Below are positions 25,529 through 34,569 of a DNA stretch of 40,804 nt, piece after piece. The notes under the pieces are model-generated. The model was given only the letters and a program-made list of their open reading frames with translations. It did not search any database and was not told the origin of the DNA. A program made the translations under genes and the position numbers. The stretch is from Gammaproteobacteria bacterium (lineage in GTDB: Bacteria > Pseudomonadota > Gammaproteobacteria > Comchoanobacterales > Comchoanobacteraceae). The DNA is taken from assembly GCA_016874185.1 (NCBI GenBank), contig VGUW01000001.1, positions 1-40,804 on the forward strand, read 5' to 3'. Each line of letters begins with the position of its first letter. Within the stretch, counting starts at the first letter, position 1.

Positions 25529-25768
25529 TTAAATGAACTTATCACTGATTATAGAAAGAGCGACCACAAATAACATGAAAACAGATACACATTGGCCCAA
25601 AAAATCAACCTTGGTAGCAAATAAAAATAAAAATGATAGAAAAAACAAGCAATATCACATTATAAGAAAATATCGCAGGCCAAGATAAAGCAATGAACAA
25701 GCAGAGAAATTCAAAAAAATCTTTACCAATTCATCCAAAATAAAAATATTTTTATCCGTTTGTGCCAT
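25529..25768 (-). CDS. small hydrophobic ORF(s) upstream of the HxH protein: one frame of 79 codons interrupted by a single TGA
   Basis: Hand translation gives MAQTDKNIFILDELVKIFLNFSACSLLYLGLRYFLIM, then TGA (25657-25655), then YCLFFLSFLFLFATKVDFLGQCVSVFMLFVVALSIISDKFI, then TAA (25531-25529). It ends 11 nt before the ATG of the next gene. Too short for the ORF track. Confidence 0.3.
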
Positions 25769-26062
25769 TTTTTAGCACTCTGGGGCTCAACCATCACTAA
25801 AAAATAAGCCGTTTATCTAAAAACCAATATCGTTTCCAAAAAGCACCCATCATTCCTGCTTTAACATCCAATGACAAAGCTCTTTTTCTAAGCTTTTGTC
25901 TCATACAGGTATCATGTCAAGAATGTCAGGAGACATCTGCCGGTTAATGGCCTATATGATTGCTGATCAAAATAACAACATCAAAAAGAGCAGTCTTAAC
26001 CCTCCGGCTGCTGTGATTTTGGAACTTGCTAAGTAAATCTTGAAGCCCTCATGGCTATATTA

Positions 26063-27646
26063 TCATGTGATTTGATAAGAAGGCCCCTCACCACCCTGGG
26101 GGGGAACCCACCTGATGTTCTGCCCAGGATCTTTAATGTCACATGTTTTACAATGTATGCAGTTTGATGCATTAATCTGAAGCACCCCATCTACAAGCTC
26201 ATAGACATTTGCCGGACAATACCTCCCCTCAGGAAAATCATAAAGAGGAACATTAACTTCATAAACATTTTTCTGATTTTGAATTTGAAGATGGCAAGGC
26301 TGATTTTCTTCATGACGGGTACCTGTCATTTTTAGCATGGTCAAAAGAGGATAAGTAAGCTGATGATCTGGCTTTGGATACTCAATAACGGTGCAATCTT
26401 TTGCCGGCTTTAACTGCATGTGGTCTTCCCGCAGTGAAAAAGTCCATGGCTCTTTGCCTCTAAACACATAAGTTGACAGTGCAGAATAAAGCATGCCCCA
26501 AGTACGGCCTTTATAAAAAGAAGGGCGAATATTTCTCACTTGATACAAAGAGCGGCCTATTAAGTCATCAGTGCGCACAGCCTGATCAAATTGCTCAAGC
26601 CGTCCATGCATTAGATGTTCTGCAGCCATTACCCCTGAGCGCATGGCATAATGAATGCCTTTCAATTGCCCAACATGCAAGAACCCTGCTCCACACCCAA
26701 TCAAAACCCCCCCAGGGAAATTCAAACAAGGAATGGCTTGATACCCTCCCTCATTTAATGCACGTGCCCCATATGCAATCGGCTTACCACCTTTAAGCAT
26801 CTGAGCAAACAAAGGATGCTTTTTAAGTTTTTGCAATTCTTGAAACGGGTTCAAATAAGGATTTGGATAATCAAGCCCAACCACAAGACCAATACTCAAC
26901 AAATTTTCTGACCAATGATAACAAAACCCACCACCATAAGTGTCTGATGTCAAAGGGTGCCCTAAGCTATGAATCACCAGACCTTTTTCATGTTGAGATG
27001 GATTAACTTGCCACACCTCTTTCAGCCCAATCCCATAGTTTTGCGGGGCATGTTCCAAATCAAATTTCTTAATTACCTGTCCTGTTAAATGACCTCGACA
27101 GCCCTCTGCCAAGATAGTGACCTTTGCCCGCACCTGAACACCAGACTCATATTTTGCCTTTGGCTGATGCTGACGGTCTAAGCCCATATCCCCTGTTTTA
27201 ACACCAATAACCACATCATTTTCATAGCACAATGATTGCGCGCTATAGCCTGATAGCATCATAACATCAAGGGCCAGTGCCTCTTGCTCCATATAGCGGC
27301 ACAATTTAGACAAACTAATAATCACATTCCCCTGATTATTTAAATCTGGGGTTAGTGGAAGCTTATAATGACTTGACCGACCAAGGTAATAAAACGCATC
27401 TTTTGTCACATCAGTCGCAAAATCCCCCAGTGAAGCCTTCCAGCCTGGCAATAAATCATTAATGATCACAGGATTTAAAATGGCTCCAGACATGATGTGA
27501 TCACCAGCACTGCCGCCTTTTTCAAGGACTGCAATACTTTTTTCAATTCCCTGAGCTTTCGCAATTTGCGCCATTTTAATCGCACATGAAAGGCCAGCAG
27601 GCCCTGCGCCAACAATAAGTACATCCACTTCAATCATTTGATCCAT
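26063..27646 (-). CDS. electron-transfer flavoprotein:ubiquinone oxidoreductase (ETF-QO)
   Basis: FAD fold DVLIVGAGPAGLSCA and a C-terminal 4Fe-4S region CPANVYE...NCIHCKTCDIKDP. Divergent from etfBA. Confidence 0.92.
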   Translation of the reverse strand: MDQMIEVDVLIVGAGPAGLSCAIKMAQIAKAQGIEKSIAVLEKGGSAGDHIMSGAILNPVIINDLLPGWKASLGDFATDVTKDAFYYLGRSSHYKLPLTPDLNNQGNVIISLSKLCRYMEQEALALDVMMLSGYSAQSLCYENDVVIGVKTGDMGLDRQHQPKAKYESGVQVRAKVTILAEGCRGHLTGQVIKKFDLEHAPQNYGIGLKEVWQVNPSQHEKGLVIHSLGHPLTSDTYGGGFCYHWSENLLSIGLVVGLDYPNPYLNPFQELQKLKKHPLFAQMLKGGKPIAYGARALNEGGYQAIPCLNFPGGVLIGCGAGFLHVGQLKGIHYAMRSGVMAAEHLMHGRLEQFDQAVRTDDLIGRSLYQVRNIRPSFYKGRTWGMLYSALSTYVFRGKEPWTFSLREDHMQLKPAKDCTVIEYPKPDHQLTYPLLTMLKMTGTRHEENQPCHLQIQNQKNVYEVNVPLYDFPEGRYCPANVYELVDGVLQINASNCIHCKTCDIKDPGQNIRWVPPQGGEGPSYQIT

Positions 27647-27718
27647 CTTCCATATCCTTCTTCAACTAATATAGCGAAATAATTATTAACTTTGCTATAC
27701 TAATTTCAGGAGTTTATA

Positions 27719-28462
27719 ATGAAGATACTTGTTTGTTTGAAAAAAACCTTGGACTATAACGTCAATCCTCAAATTGCACCTGATCAGCAAAGCATCGTAG
27801 AGACAGGTGTTAAAATGAGCACCAACCCTTTTTGTGAGATTGCCTTAGAGGCTGCAATACAACTTCATGAGAATAACCCGACAATTGAAACTCATGCTCT
27901 TTGCATAGGCCCTGAATCTCACCAAGATATTTTAAAACGCGCACTTGCGATGGGGGCGCATCATGCACATTTACTTAAGTGTGAACACCCTCTTTCAACA
28001 TTAGAAAAAGCACAATTGCTAAAAACATATATAGAAAACCATCCTTATGATCTTGTTTTGATGGGCAAACAATCGATTGATCAAGACCATAATCATATCC
28101 CACAAATGCTCGGCGCTTTGTTAAATTGGGACACAGGATTATTTTGCTCTAAAATCATGTTAAATAACGACCATCTTACGGTAGAACGAGAGATCGATGA
28201 AGGGCTTTGCCAGCGCAATATTAAGCTGCCCTGTATACTATCCTCTGACCTAAGACTCAATCAACCCCGTTTTATCTCTCTTCCTAAAATCATTCAAGCC
28301 AAAAATAAGCCCGTTGCGATTATACAAGCAGACTCTTTATTAAAAGGCACAGGGCCAAAATTAACTCGAACCAAGCTGGAGCTACCCCCTGCGCGGAAAA
28401 AGGGCACTACCACCAATGACCTGTCAGAATTTCTATCACAGCTCAAGGAGGTCTTAAAATGA
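27719..28462 (+). CDS. etfB: electron transfer flavoprotein subunit beta
   Basis: MKILVCLK...DYN...., NPFCEIALEAA, LVLMGKQSIDQD. Confidence 0.92.
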   Translation: MKILVCLKKTLDYNVNPQIAPDQQSIVETGVKMSTNPFCEIALEAAIQLHENNPTIETHALCIGPESHQDILKRALAMGAHHAHLLKCEHPLSTLEKAQLLKTYIENHPYDLVLMGKQSIDQDHNHIPQMLGALLNWDTGLFCSKIMLNNDHLTVEREIDEGLCQRNIKLPCILSSDLRLNQPRFISLPKIIQAKNKPVAIIQADSLLKGTGPKLTRTKLELPPARKKGTTTNDLSEFLSQLKEVLK

Positions 28463-29367
28463 GTAAGTTCCATATTATCATTACCCCTCAAACCAATGAG
28501 TCTCAACTCATCAATGCACTGGCTTGTGCTGCAAGCAAAATGGGCGCAACGGCCATAGATGGTATTTATATCAAGCGCTTGCAAGATCCTGGCTTAAAGC
28601 CAATATTGAGCAATATTAATCACATCACAACTTATGAAATCAGTCAAAGCACATCCATCACAGCACAGCAAGTGATGGAGGTTCTTGGCAACATTCCAGC
28701 ACTGGACTCATTAATCACCATCAGCAACACATTGAGTAAAGAGTGGCTACCGGCATTTGCAGCGCTGAATAACATCATGCCAATAACCGATGTGATCGAC
28801 ATTAAAAATCAGACTTTTAAAAGACCCATATTTGCAGGAAACCTTATTGAAACACTTGAAAACAACCAAGAAAGAGCCTTAATTAGCATCCGACCCCAGT
28901 TCTTTAAAGCACCAACCAATCCATCCAATACCTCATTTAGCAACGTTTCATTTTCACCGAAAAACACCTCGTCTGAATCTCTTTTAAGCACCGACATTTC
29001 AGATTTGCCTGATTTACTGACTGCAAAAAAAGTAGTCTCCGGTGGCCGTGGACTTGGATCAAAAGACAATTTTGTTAAAATTCATCAACTGGCTAAGCAG
29101 CTGAATGCTGCCGTTGGTGCATCAAGAGCGGCTGTTGATCTTGGATACATTTCCAACGAACATCAGGTTGGTCAAACAGGCAAGATTATCGCTCCGGATA
29201 TTTATATTGCTTTTGGTATCTCCGGTGCAATTCAACACTTGGCTGGCATCAAGGACTCTGGAATCATCATCGCGGTCAATAAAGATCCTGATGCCCCCAT
29301 TTTTGAATTTGCTGATATAGGTTATGTCGGAGATTTATTTGAAGTGATTCATGCACTCATGACATGA
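28459..29367 (+). CDS. etfA: electron transfer flavoprotein subunit alpha
   Basis: VVSGGRGLGS and ASRAAVDLGYISNEHQVGQTGKIIAPDIYIAFGISGAIQHLAG. ATGA overlap with etfB. Confidence 0.92.
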   Translation: MSKFHIIITPQTNESQLINALACAASKMGATAIDGIYIKRLQDPGLKPILSNINHITTYEISQSTSITAQQVMEVLGNIPALDSLITISNTLSKEWLPAFAALNNIMPITDVIDIKNQTFKRPIFAGNLIETLENNQERALISIRPQFFKAPTNPSNTSFSNVSFSPKNTSSESLLSTDISDLPDLLTAKKVVSGGRGLGSKDNFVKIHQLAKQLNAAVGASRAAVDLGYISNEHQVGQTGKIIAPDIYIAFGISGAIQHLAGIKDSGIIIAVNKDPDAPIFEFADIGYVGDLFEVIHALMT

Positions 29368-29418
29368 AAATATCTCAAAAGACTTGTAACTTATTATTTT
29401 AATAACAAATCTCAATCA

Positions 29419-30402
29419 TTAAAATTTGGTATTATATCCGAGCTCCTTTAAGCGCTGCTCCAAAGAAGGATGTGAAGAAAACCACTGACTGATATTCAAC
29501 CAATTCTGAAAACCTGACATCCTGGGATCATATAAATATGAGCTACTTCGAAGACTCTCATTGGGCATATTGGCGTATTCATCACCAAGACTTGCCTGTG
29601 ACTGATGCTGCTGATGAATTTTAATCAATGCACGTGCAAGCGGTTCATTTTGACGTGTTAACTCTACTGCTCCGCTGTCTGCCATAAATTCTCTTGATCG
29701 GCTTAAAAACATACCAAGTGCCATAGTAATAAAAGGAATTAAAATTCTTAAGGCAAGCACAACCAACAAAACAGGCAATGCCCCACCTTTTTCTTTTTGC
29801 TTAGACTCCCCACCGTAAATAACTGAACGAAATATCACATCAATCAAAAACAACAGCAAACCTGACATTACAAAAATACTGCTTGACAACCGCACATCCT
29901 GATTACGAATATGAGTAATTTCATGGGCAACAACAGCCTGAAGTTCATCACGATTTAATGCATCCATCAGCGGACGCGTAATGACAATCGCTGCATTTTT
30001 CTCATTCCAGCCCGTGGCAAATGCATTCATAAATGCACAATTTGCAATATAAACTTTTGGCATATAGTTAAGACTAGCAGCAATTTTCATCTCTTCCACA
30101 ATTCCATACAGGACCTTGTCTTCCTGCTGATCGGACTGTGCCTTTATTTCATGATAATCAAGGCCCTGAAGCATCATGCTTTTTGCAAAAAAACGACCTG
30201 CAAGATACGAAGAGAATGCCAAAGTTAACATAAAAATAACAGTAACGGATATCTCAAATTCAGTAGAAAATTGACCCTCAGAGTAAAGATAGATCCAATC
30301 AATTACCGTGCCCAAAACAGCATAAATCAGAAAGAAAGCAAGAATAACCCAGCGGGTTCTGGCCTTATTCTTTTTAGCAATGCCTCGCCAATCCCCTCTC
30401 AT
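29419..30402 (-). CDS. M48-family (HtpX-like) zinc metalloprotease, membrane-bound
   Basis: HEITHI zinc motif and four hydrophobic segments. Immediately downstream of lemA with a 1-nt overlap. Confidence 0.85.
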   Translation of the reverse strand: MRGDWRGIAKKNKARTRWVILAFFLIYAVLGTVIDWIYLYSEGQFSTEFEISVTVIFMLTLAFSSYLAGRFFAKSMMLQGLDYHEIKAQSDQQEDKVLYGIVEEMKIAASLNYMPKVYIANCAFMNAFATGWNEKNAAIVITRPLMDALNRDELQAVVAHEITHIRNQDVRLSSSIFVMSGLLLFLIDVIFRSVIYGGESKQKEKGGALPVLLVVLALRILIPFITMALGMFLSRSREFMADSGAVELTRQNEPLARALIKIHQQHQSQASLGDEYANMPNESLRSSSYLYDPRMSGFQNWLNISQWFSSHPSLEQRLKELGYNTKF

Positions 30403-30977
30403 CAGAATTTTACCGTGTATTCATCTTTAGATTTAGCATCATCTTCAGATAGTTGCCAATATACAAAATCAGGAAATGACTGTGCAAAAAATGAGCATAC
30501 CACATTATTTGGGAATGTGAGCTTATAGGCATTAAATCGCTCAATGCCATCATTGTATGCCTGCTTGGAAAATGCCAATTTATTTTCAGTATTAGAAATC
30601 TCATCTTGCAACTTCAAAACATTTTGATTTGCTTTTAAGTCCGGATATTGCTCCATCACAAAATTAAAACCAGATGCAATTTGCGATAGCTGGTTTTCAG
30701 CAGCAATTCGCTTGGTCTCATCCCCTGCGGCACGAGCACTTTGTGCTTGATTACGAAGGGCCACCACATCCTTTAATGTTGTTTTTTCATAATCCATCAC
30801 TTCTTTGACTGTACTAATCAATGACTCAAATACCTTAAAGCGCCGATCAAGCTGCACATCAATTTGCTTTGCATCATTGCGAACGGCTTCCCTCAAGGCA
30901 ACCAGTTTATTGTATACAGCAATCACATAAAACAATATCAAGCCAATGACCAATAAAAATATTAACCCCATGTCCAT
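30402..30977 (-). CDS. lemA: LemA family protein
   Basis: N-terminal TM helix MDMGLIFLLVIGLILFYVIAVYN, then a LemA-like helical body (YNKLVALRE.V....A.IDVQL.RR). 191 aa. Confidence 0.88.
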   Translation of the reverse strand: MDMGLIFLLVIGLILFYVIAVYNKLVALREAVRNDAKQIDVQLDRRFKVFESLISTVKEVMDYEKTTLKDVVALRNQAQSARAAGDETKRIAAENQLSQIASGFNFVMEQYPDLKANQNVLKLQDEISNTENKLAFSKQAYNDGIERFNAYKLTFPNNVVCSFFAQSFPDFVYWQLSEDDAKSKDEYTVKF

Positions 30978-31053
30978 TCATCTTCTCCAAATTTCTTGCT
31001 TATTATAACAAATTTCAGTAAATTTGGACGGTGTTTAAAAAAGAAATTTTCTC

Positions 31054-32025
31054 ATGATATATGATTTTCTACTTGATCCCACACATCATGGCTTTAAAAC
31101 TTGGTTCAAAAATACCAAAAAAAATAACCGCCCTTGTATAAATCATATCAACATGCCAACACGAATGCTCTTAGAATCAATTAACTCCATTGATCATCAG
31201 CATCCTTGCATCAAACACTTTGAGAAAAAACCCAATTGGCCTTGCCTAACAAGCAAAGATTTTATGCCCAAAAACCCATGCGAATTGTCATTTCCATTAA
31301 TGATTGGCGGTCCCTGCAGCCTTGAAAGCAAACAGCAATTAACCCAAACGATCCATCAGCTATATCCCATAACAAAATATATTCGAGCTGGCATTTATAA
31401 ACCCAGAACCAATGCCCATCAATTTCAAGGGTTAGGGCCAGCAGGTGTTGAGCTTATTCATGACTTGAAACAAACACATCATTTTCAACTGGTTAGTGAA
31501 ATCACCTGCCCCAGCCAAATCGAAGGCATGTCTAAGATTTGCTCAATTTTCCAGGTAGGAACACGAAACATGAGTAATACTGCTCTACTTAAAGCCTTAG
31601 GACAAACTGATTTACCCATTATTCTAAAAAGATCGTTAAGTGGAACCTACGAAGAATGGCTGCAAAGCGCCGAATACATAATTAAAGCAGGAAATCCGCA
31701 GGTCATTCTATGCGAAAGGGGCATTCGTACATTTGAGCCAGCGACAAGAAATACCTTCGATATTAATGCCATACCCTACTTAAAGGCCAAAACCAACCTA
31801 CCAATCATCGCTGATACTTCACATGGTACTGGCCATCGTCATTTGGTTGCCCCGATCGCACTTGCTGCAATCACAGCCGGCGCCGATGGACTTCTGATTG
31901 AAGCACATCCAACACCTTTGACCTCAATAACAGATGCCAATCAGGCCCTTAGCATTGAGGAATGTAGTGCTTTATTTAATCAAGCTCAGGCTCTGGTTGA
32001 TTTTTTGGAATCAAATAATACCTAG
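31054..32025 (+). CDS. 3-deoxy-7-phosphoheptulonate (DAHP) synthase, type I-beta, with an unusual N-terminal extension
   Basis: GGPCSLES, YKPRTNAHQFQGLG, FQVGTRNM and ADTSHGTGHR fit DAHPS I-beta rather than KdsA. The start is uncertain, with in-frame Met codons at residues 1, 34 and 71. Confidence 0.78.
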   Translation: MIYDFLLDPTHHGFKTWFKNTKKNNRPCINHINMPTRMLLESINSIDHQHPCIKHFEKKPNWPCLTSKDFMPKNPCELSFPLMIGGPCSLESKQQLTQTIHQLYPITKYIRAGIYKPRTNAHQFQGLGPAGVELIHDLKQTHHFQLVSEITCPSQIEGMSKICSIFQVGTRNMSNTALLKALGQTDLPIILKRSLSGTYEEWLQSAEYIIKAGNPQVILCERGIRTFEPATRNTFDINAIPYLKAKTNLPIIADTSHGTGHRHLVAPIALAAITAGADGLLIEAHPTPLTSITDANQALSIEECSALFNQAQALVDFLESNNT

Positions 32026-32383
32026 ACCCGGCCATATAATCATATAATGTGAGACGTTGACGATTAAAAATAATAAATACAAAAAAAACCGAAAACATAA
32101 TCCAATATAAATAATATCGAATCAAAAAATACCATTTTGGCAAATCTGTCTCGTTTCTAATTCCTATGCGTAAAATGCCCATGCCAATCGTTTGACAAGC
32201 ACTCGAGCACATCATGGGGCCGAGAATGACAGATGTAAAGATGCACATGGATATTAGATACTGTACGTTCTCTGAAGCAGCCCTTATTTCAGGATAAAAT
32301 ATTGCACTGGCATTAGAAATGGTTAGAAAAAAAGCAAGGTCAATGATAAACGCTGCAATCCTTCGAAAAAAACCAACTCTCAT
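31976..32383 (-). CDS. RDD-family membrane protein
   Basis: FFRRIAAFIIDLAFF N-terminal RDD-type motif and three hydrophobic segments. The 3' end overlaps the DAHP synthase 3' end by 50 nt. Confidence 0.65.
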   Translation of the reverse strand: MRVGFFRRIAAFIIDLAFFLTISNASAIFYPEIRAASENVQYLISMCIFTSVILGPMMCSSACQTIGMGILRIGIRNETDLPKWYFLIRYYLYWIMFSVFFVFIIFNRQRLTLYDYMAGSRYYLIPKNQPEPELD

Positions 32384-32433
32384 CTGCGCCTCCTATTAAT
32401 TGAAAAAATGACATAATATGCTAGTATAGCTGT

Positions 32434-33222
32434 ATGAATAAACTCACTCAATACATCAAAACCCCAGAGCAAATTGAAAAAATGCGAGTAGCAGGTAGAC
32501 TGGCTGCAAAAGTACTAGAAATGATTGCCCCATACGTCATAAAAAACGTCACCACGGAAGAACTTGATCAACTCTGTCACAACTACATCGTTAATGAACT
32601 CAATGCAATACCCGCCTGCCTAGGATACAGAGGCTTTCCAAAATCAATCTGCACATCAATTAATCATGTGGTCTGCCATGGCATTCCCAAGGATAAAAAA
32701 TTGAAAAATGGTGATATTGTTAATATTGATGTCACCGTCATCAAAGATGGTTATCATGGAGATACCAGTCAAATGTTTATGGTTGGCAATGTTCTTCCAG
32801 TTCATCAAAAATTATGCACAGTTGCTCAGCAGGCTCTATACAAAGGCATCAAAATGGTGAAACCTGGTATCTCACTTAGAGCAATCGGTCGAGAAATTGA
32901 GCAATTTGCAAAATCACATCATATGAGCTCAGTGAGAGATTTCTGTGGTCATGGTATTGGTTCAGAATTTCACGAAAATCACTTTCAAGTTTTGCACTAT
33001 GATGACCCAAATGCAGAACATGACATCCTGCTTCCAGGTCTAACATTTACCATTGAGCCGATGATCAACCTAGGCAAGCATCATGTTCGCATTTTATCTG
33101 ATAACTGGACTGCTGTGACAAAAGATAAAAGCTACTCTGCACAATATGAACATACCCTACTTGTCACAAAAACAGGGGTAGAAATTTTGACACTCAGGGC
33201 AAATGAAGAGATCAACCTCTAA
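32434..33222 (+). CDS. map: type I methionine aminopeptidase
   Basis: HGIP....L..GDIVNIDVT, GY.GD.S.MF and GHGIGSEFHE metal-ligand motifs. 262 aa. Confidence 0.95.
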   Translation: MNKLTQYIKTPEQIEKMRVAGRLAAKVLEMIAPYVIKNVTTEELDQLCHNYIVNELNAIPACLGYRGFPKSICTSINHVVCHGIPKDKKLKNGDIVNIDVTVIKDGYHGDTSQMFMVGNVLPVHQKLCTVAQQALYKGIKMVKPGISLRAIGREIEQFAKSHHMSSVRDFCGHGIGSEFHENHFQVLHYDDPNAEHDILLPGLTFTIEPMINLGKHHVRILSDNWTAVTKDKSYSAQYEHTLLVTKTGVEILTLRANEEINL

Positions 33223-33922
33223 CATGAATGAGGGCGGACCCATCACGGGTCACTTCATTCACAAATTTTGCATCTCGATAACTTTCCACAAGGGCATCTT
33301 GCGAGCCTTCCATGCTAATAAAATTAGTAGCCCTCACTTTCAAAAATGACTCATCTTTGGCACTAATCCAGGCAGATTCAGCAACAACACCAGAGGCATC
33401 AACCTTGCTTTTGCCTGAACCGGTCATAAAAAGTCGCTGAACTTGTCCACCAACTTTGACTTTCCCATTTGAAATAACCAATTCTAAATGAGGAGAAGTA
33501 ATCCAATATGCCTCAATACTTCCTGATCCTTCACTTTCAATACGGGCAACATTACTAACTTGAGTTAATTGAATAGAGCCACTGCTGTCAGAATAAACAT
33601 GAAGACTCCCTGGCTTTATGTTACTTGAATATACCGATGATGACCCATGCACATTCAGGTGTTGTAAATTTGCAAATGCATCCTTGGCAAAAATAGCGAC
33701 TTTTACAGGCTTATTTGAGCTAAAATCTGTTTTTATCATTAACTTGGAGCCAACACGATCAATCACCACTCCCAATTGCTCACTGCTCATGCTCCTGTCT
33801 TGCTTTTGCAAATAAAGTTGAACAGCACCTTTAACATCAACTTGACTAATCCCTTCAAATGAGACATTTGCAACAACTGATGACATGACCAAAGAATAAA
33901 CAAAAATCCATCTTAATTTCAT
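33212..33922 (-). CDS. secreted beta-rich protein, DUF2807 / GIN-domain-like (putative adhesin-head fold)
   Basis: Signal peptide MKLRWIFVYSLVMSSVVA. Repeated ..SGSI.. / ..GSGK.. strand motifs (SDSSGSIQL, SEGSGSIEA, TGSGKSKVDASG), as in DUF2807 proteins. Confidence 0.5.
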   Translation of the reverse strand: MKLRWIFVYSLVMSSVVANVSFEGISQVDVKGAVQLYLQKQDRSMSSEQLGVVIDRVGSKLMIKTDFSSNKPVKVAIFAKDAFANLQHLNVHGSSSVYSSNIKPGSLHVYSDSSGSIQLTQVSNVARIESEGSGSIEAYWITSPHLELVISNGKVKVGGQVQRLFMTGSGKSKVDASGVVAESAWISAKDESFLKVRATNFISMEGSQDALVESYRDAKFVNEVTRDGSALIHVRG

Positions 33923-33923
33923 T

Positions 33924-34421
33924 TTAACTCCTAGCTTGCAGGCTCACTTCAACACGATATTGCATCATTGATGCTTTAACAGACTCAGATTGTAAATCCG
34001 CATCCGTATAACTCTTACCTTCAATTTTTATACGTTTCATATCCACGCCTTTTGCCCAGAAAAAAGCAGCAACAGACTGAGCCTGAGCTTCACTTAATTT
34101 CTTAACAGCATCCTTGTTCCCCACCGGAACACCGTATGCTGTAACTGTGATATTTAGGTTTGAAGAAAGACCCTCAATGACATCCATGGCGTCTTGAAGA
34201 ATATCTCGGGAGCCGGGCTTTAACTGAGCTGTGCCAGGAGAAAATAATGCCGAAGACTGCAGTACAATCAAGGTTTGATTATATGAATCCATAACCTTGA
34301 TTTTTTGTACCGGCTGCAGTGACTGATACGCCTCTTCAGGTGTATAAACCTGGCAGGCTGTTAATAAAGCAGTACCTAGTAATAACGCGATTGATTTCAA
34401 ATTCAATTTTTCCACATCCAA
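33924..34421 (-). CDS. OmpA-C-like lipoprotein with degenerate peptidoglycan-binding motif
   Basis: Lipobox LLTAC. The fold pattern LFSPG.AQL....RDIL......I....NITVTAYG...G......KLSEAQAQSVAAFFWAKGVDMKRIKIEG parallels OmpA_C. There is no in-frame ATG near the 5' end, so the start must be TTG or GTG between 34400 and 34421. Confidence 0.55.
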   Translation of the reverse strand: MDVEKLNLKSIALLLGTALLTACQVYTPEEAYQSLQPVQKIKVMDSYNQTLIVLQSSALFSPGTAQLKPGSRDILQDAMDVIEGLSSNLNITVTAYGVPVGNKDAVKKLSEAQAQSVAAFFWAKGVDMKRIKIEGKSYTDADLQSESVKASMMQYRVEVSLQARS

Positions 34422-34569
34422 ACCCTATGGTAATCTCCATCATTGTAACGTAATCAATGCTCAAAATCTAGGCGTCAAATGACATAAACCTTGGTTTTAT
34501 CCCAACCCATTTCTTGAACGTACCCACAGTTGGTTACCAATAACATAACCGCAATTAATAACTTCCACA

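Noticed and set aside
25655..25657. TGA in the small hydrophobic ORF, or TAG in ctaA, read as a sense codon (alternative genetic code)
   Set aside because: TGA, TAA and TAG all end well-aligned housekeeping genes in this window at the expected C-termini, so the standard code 11 applies.
33924..34421. OmpA-like lipoprotein considered as the Dot/Icm component IcmN/DotK
   Set aside because: The only shared properties are generic ones (lipobox plus OmpA_C-like fold). No dot/icm neighbours are present and I recognised no specific sequence match.
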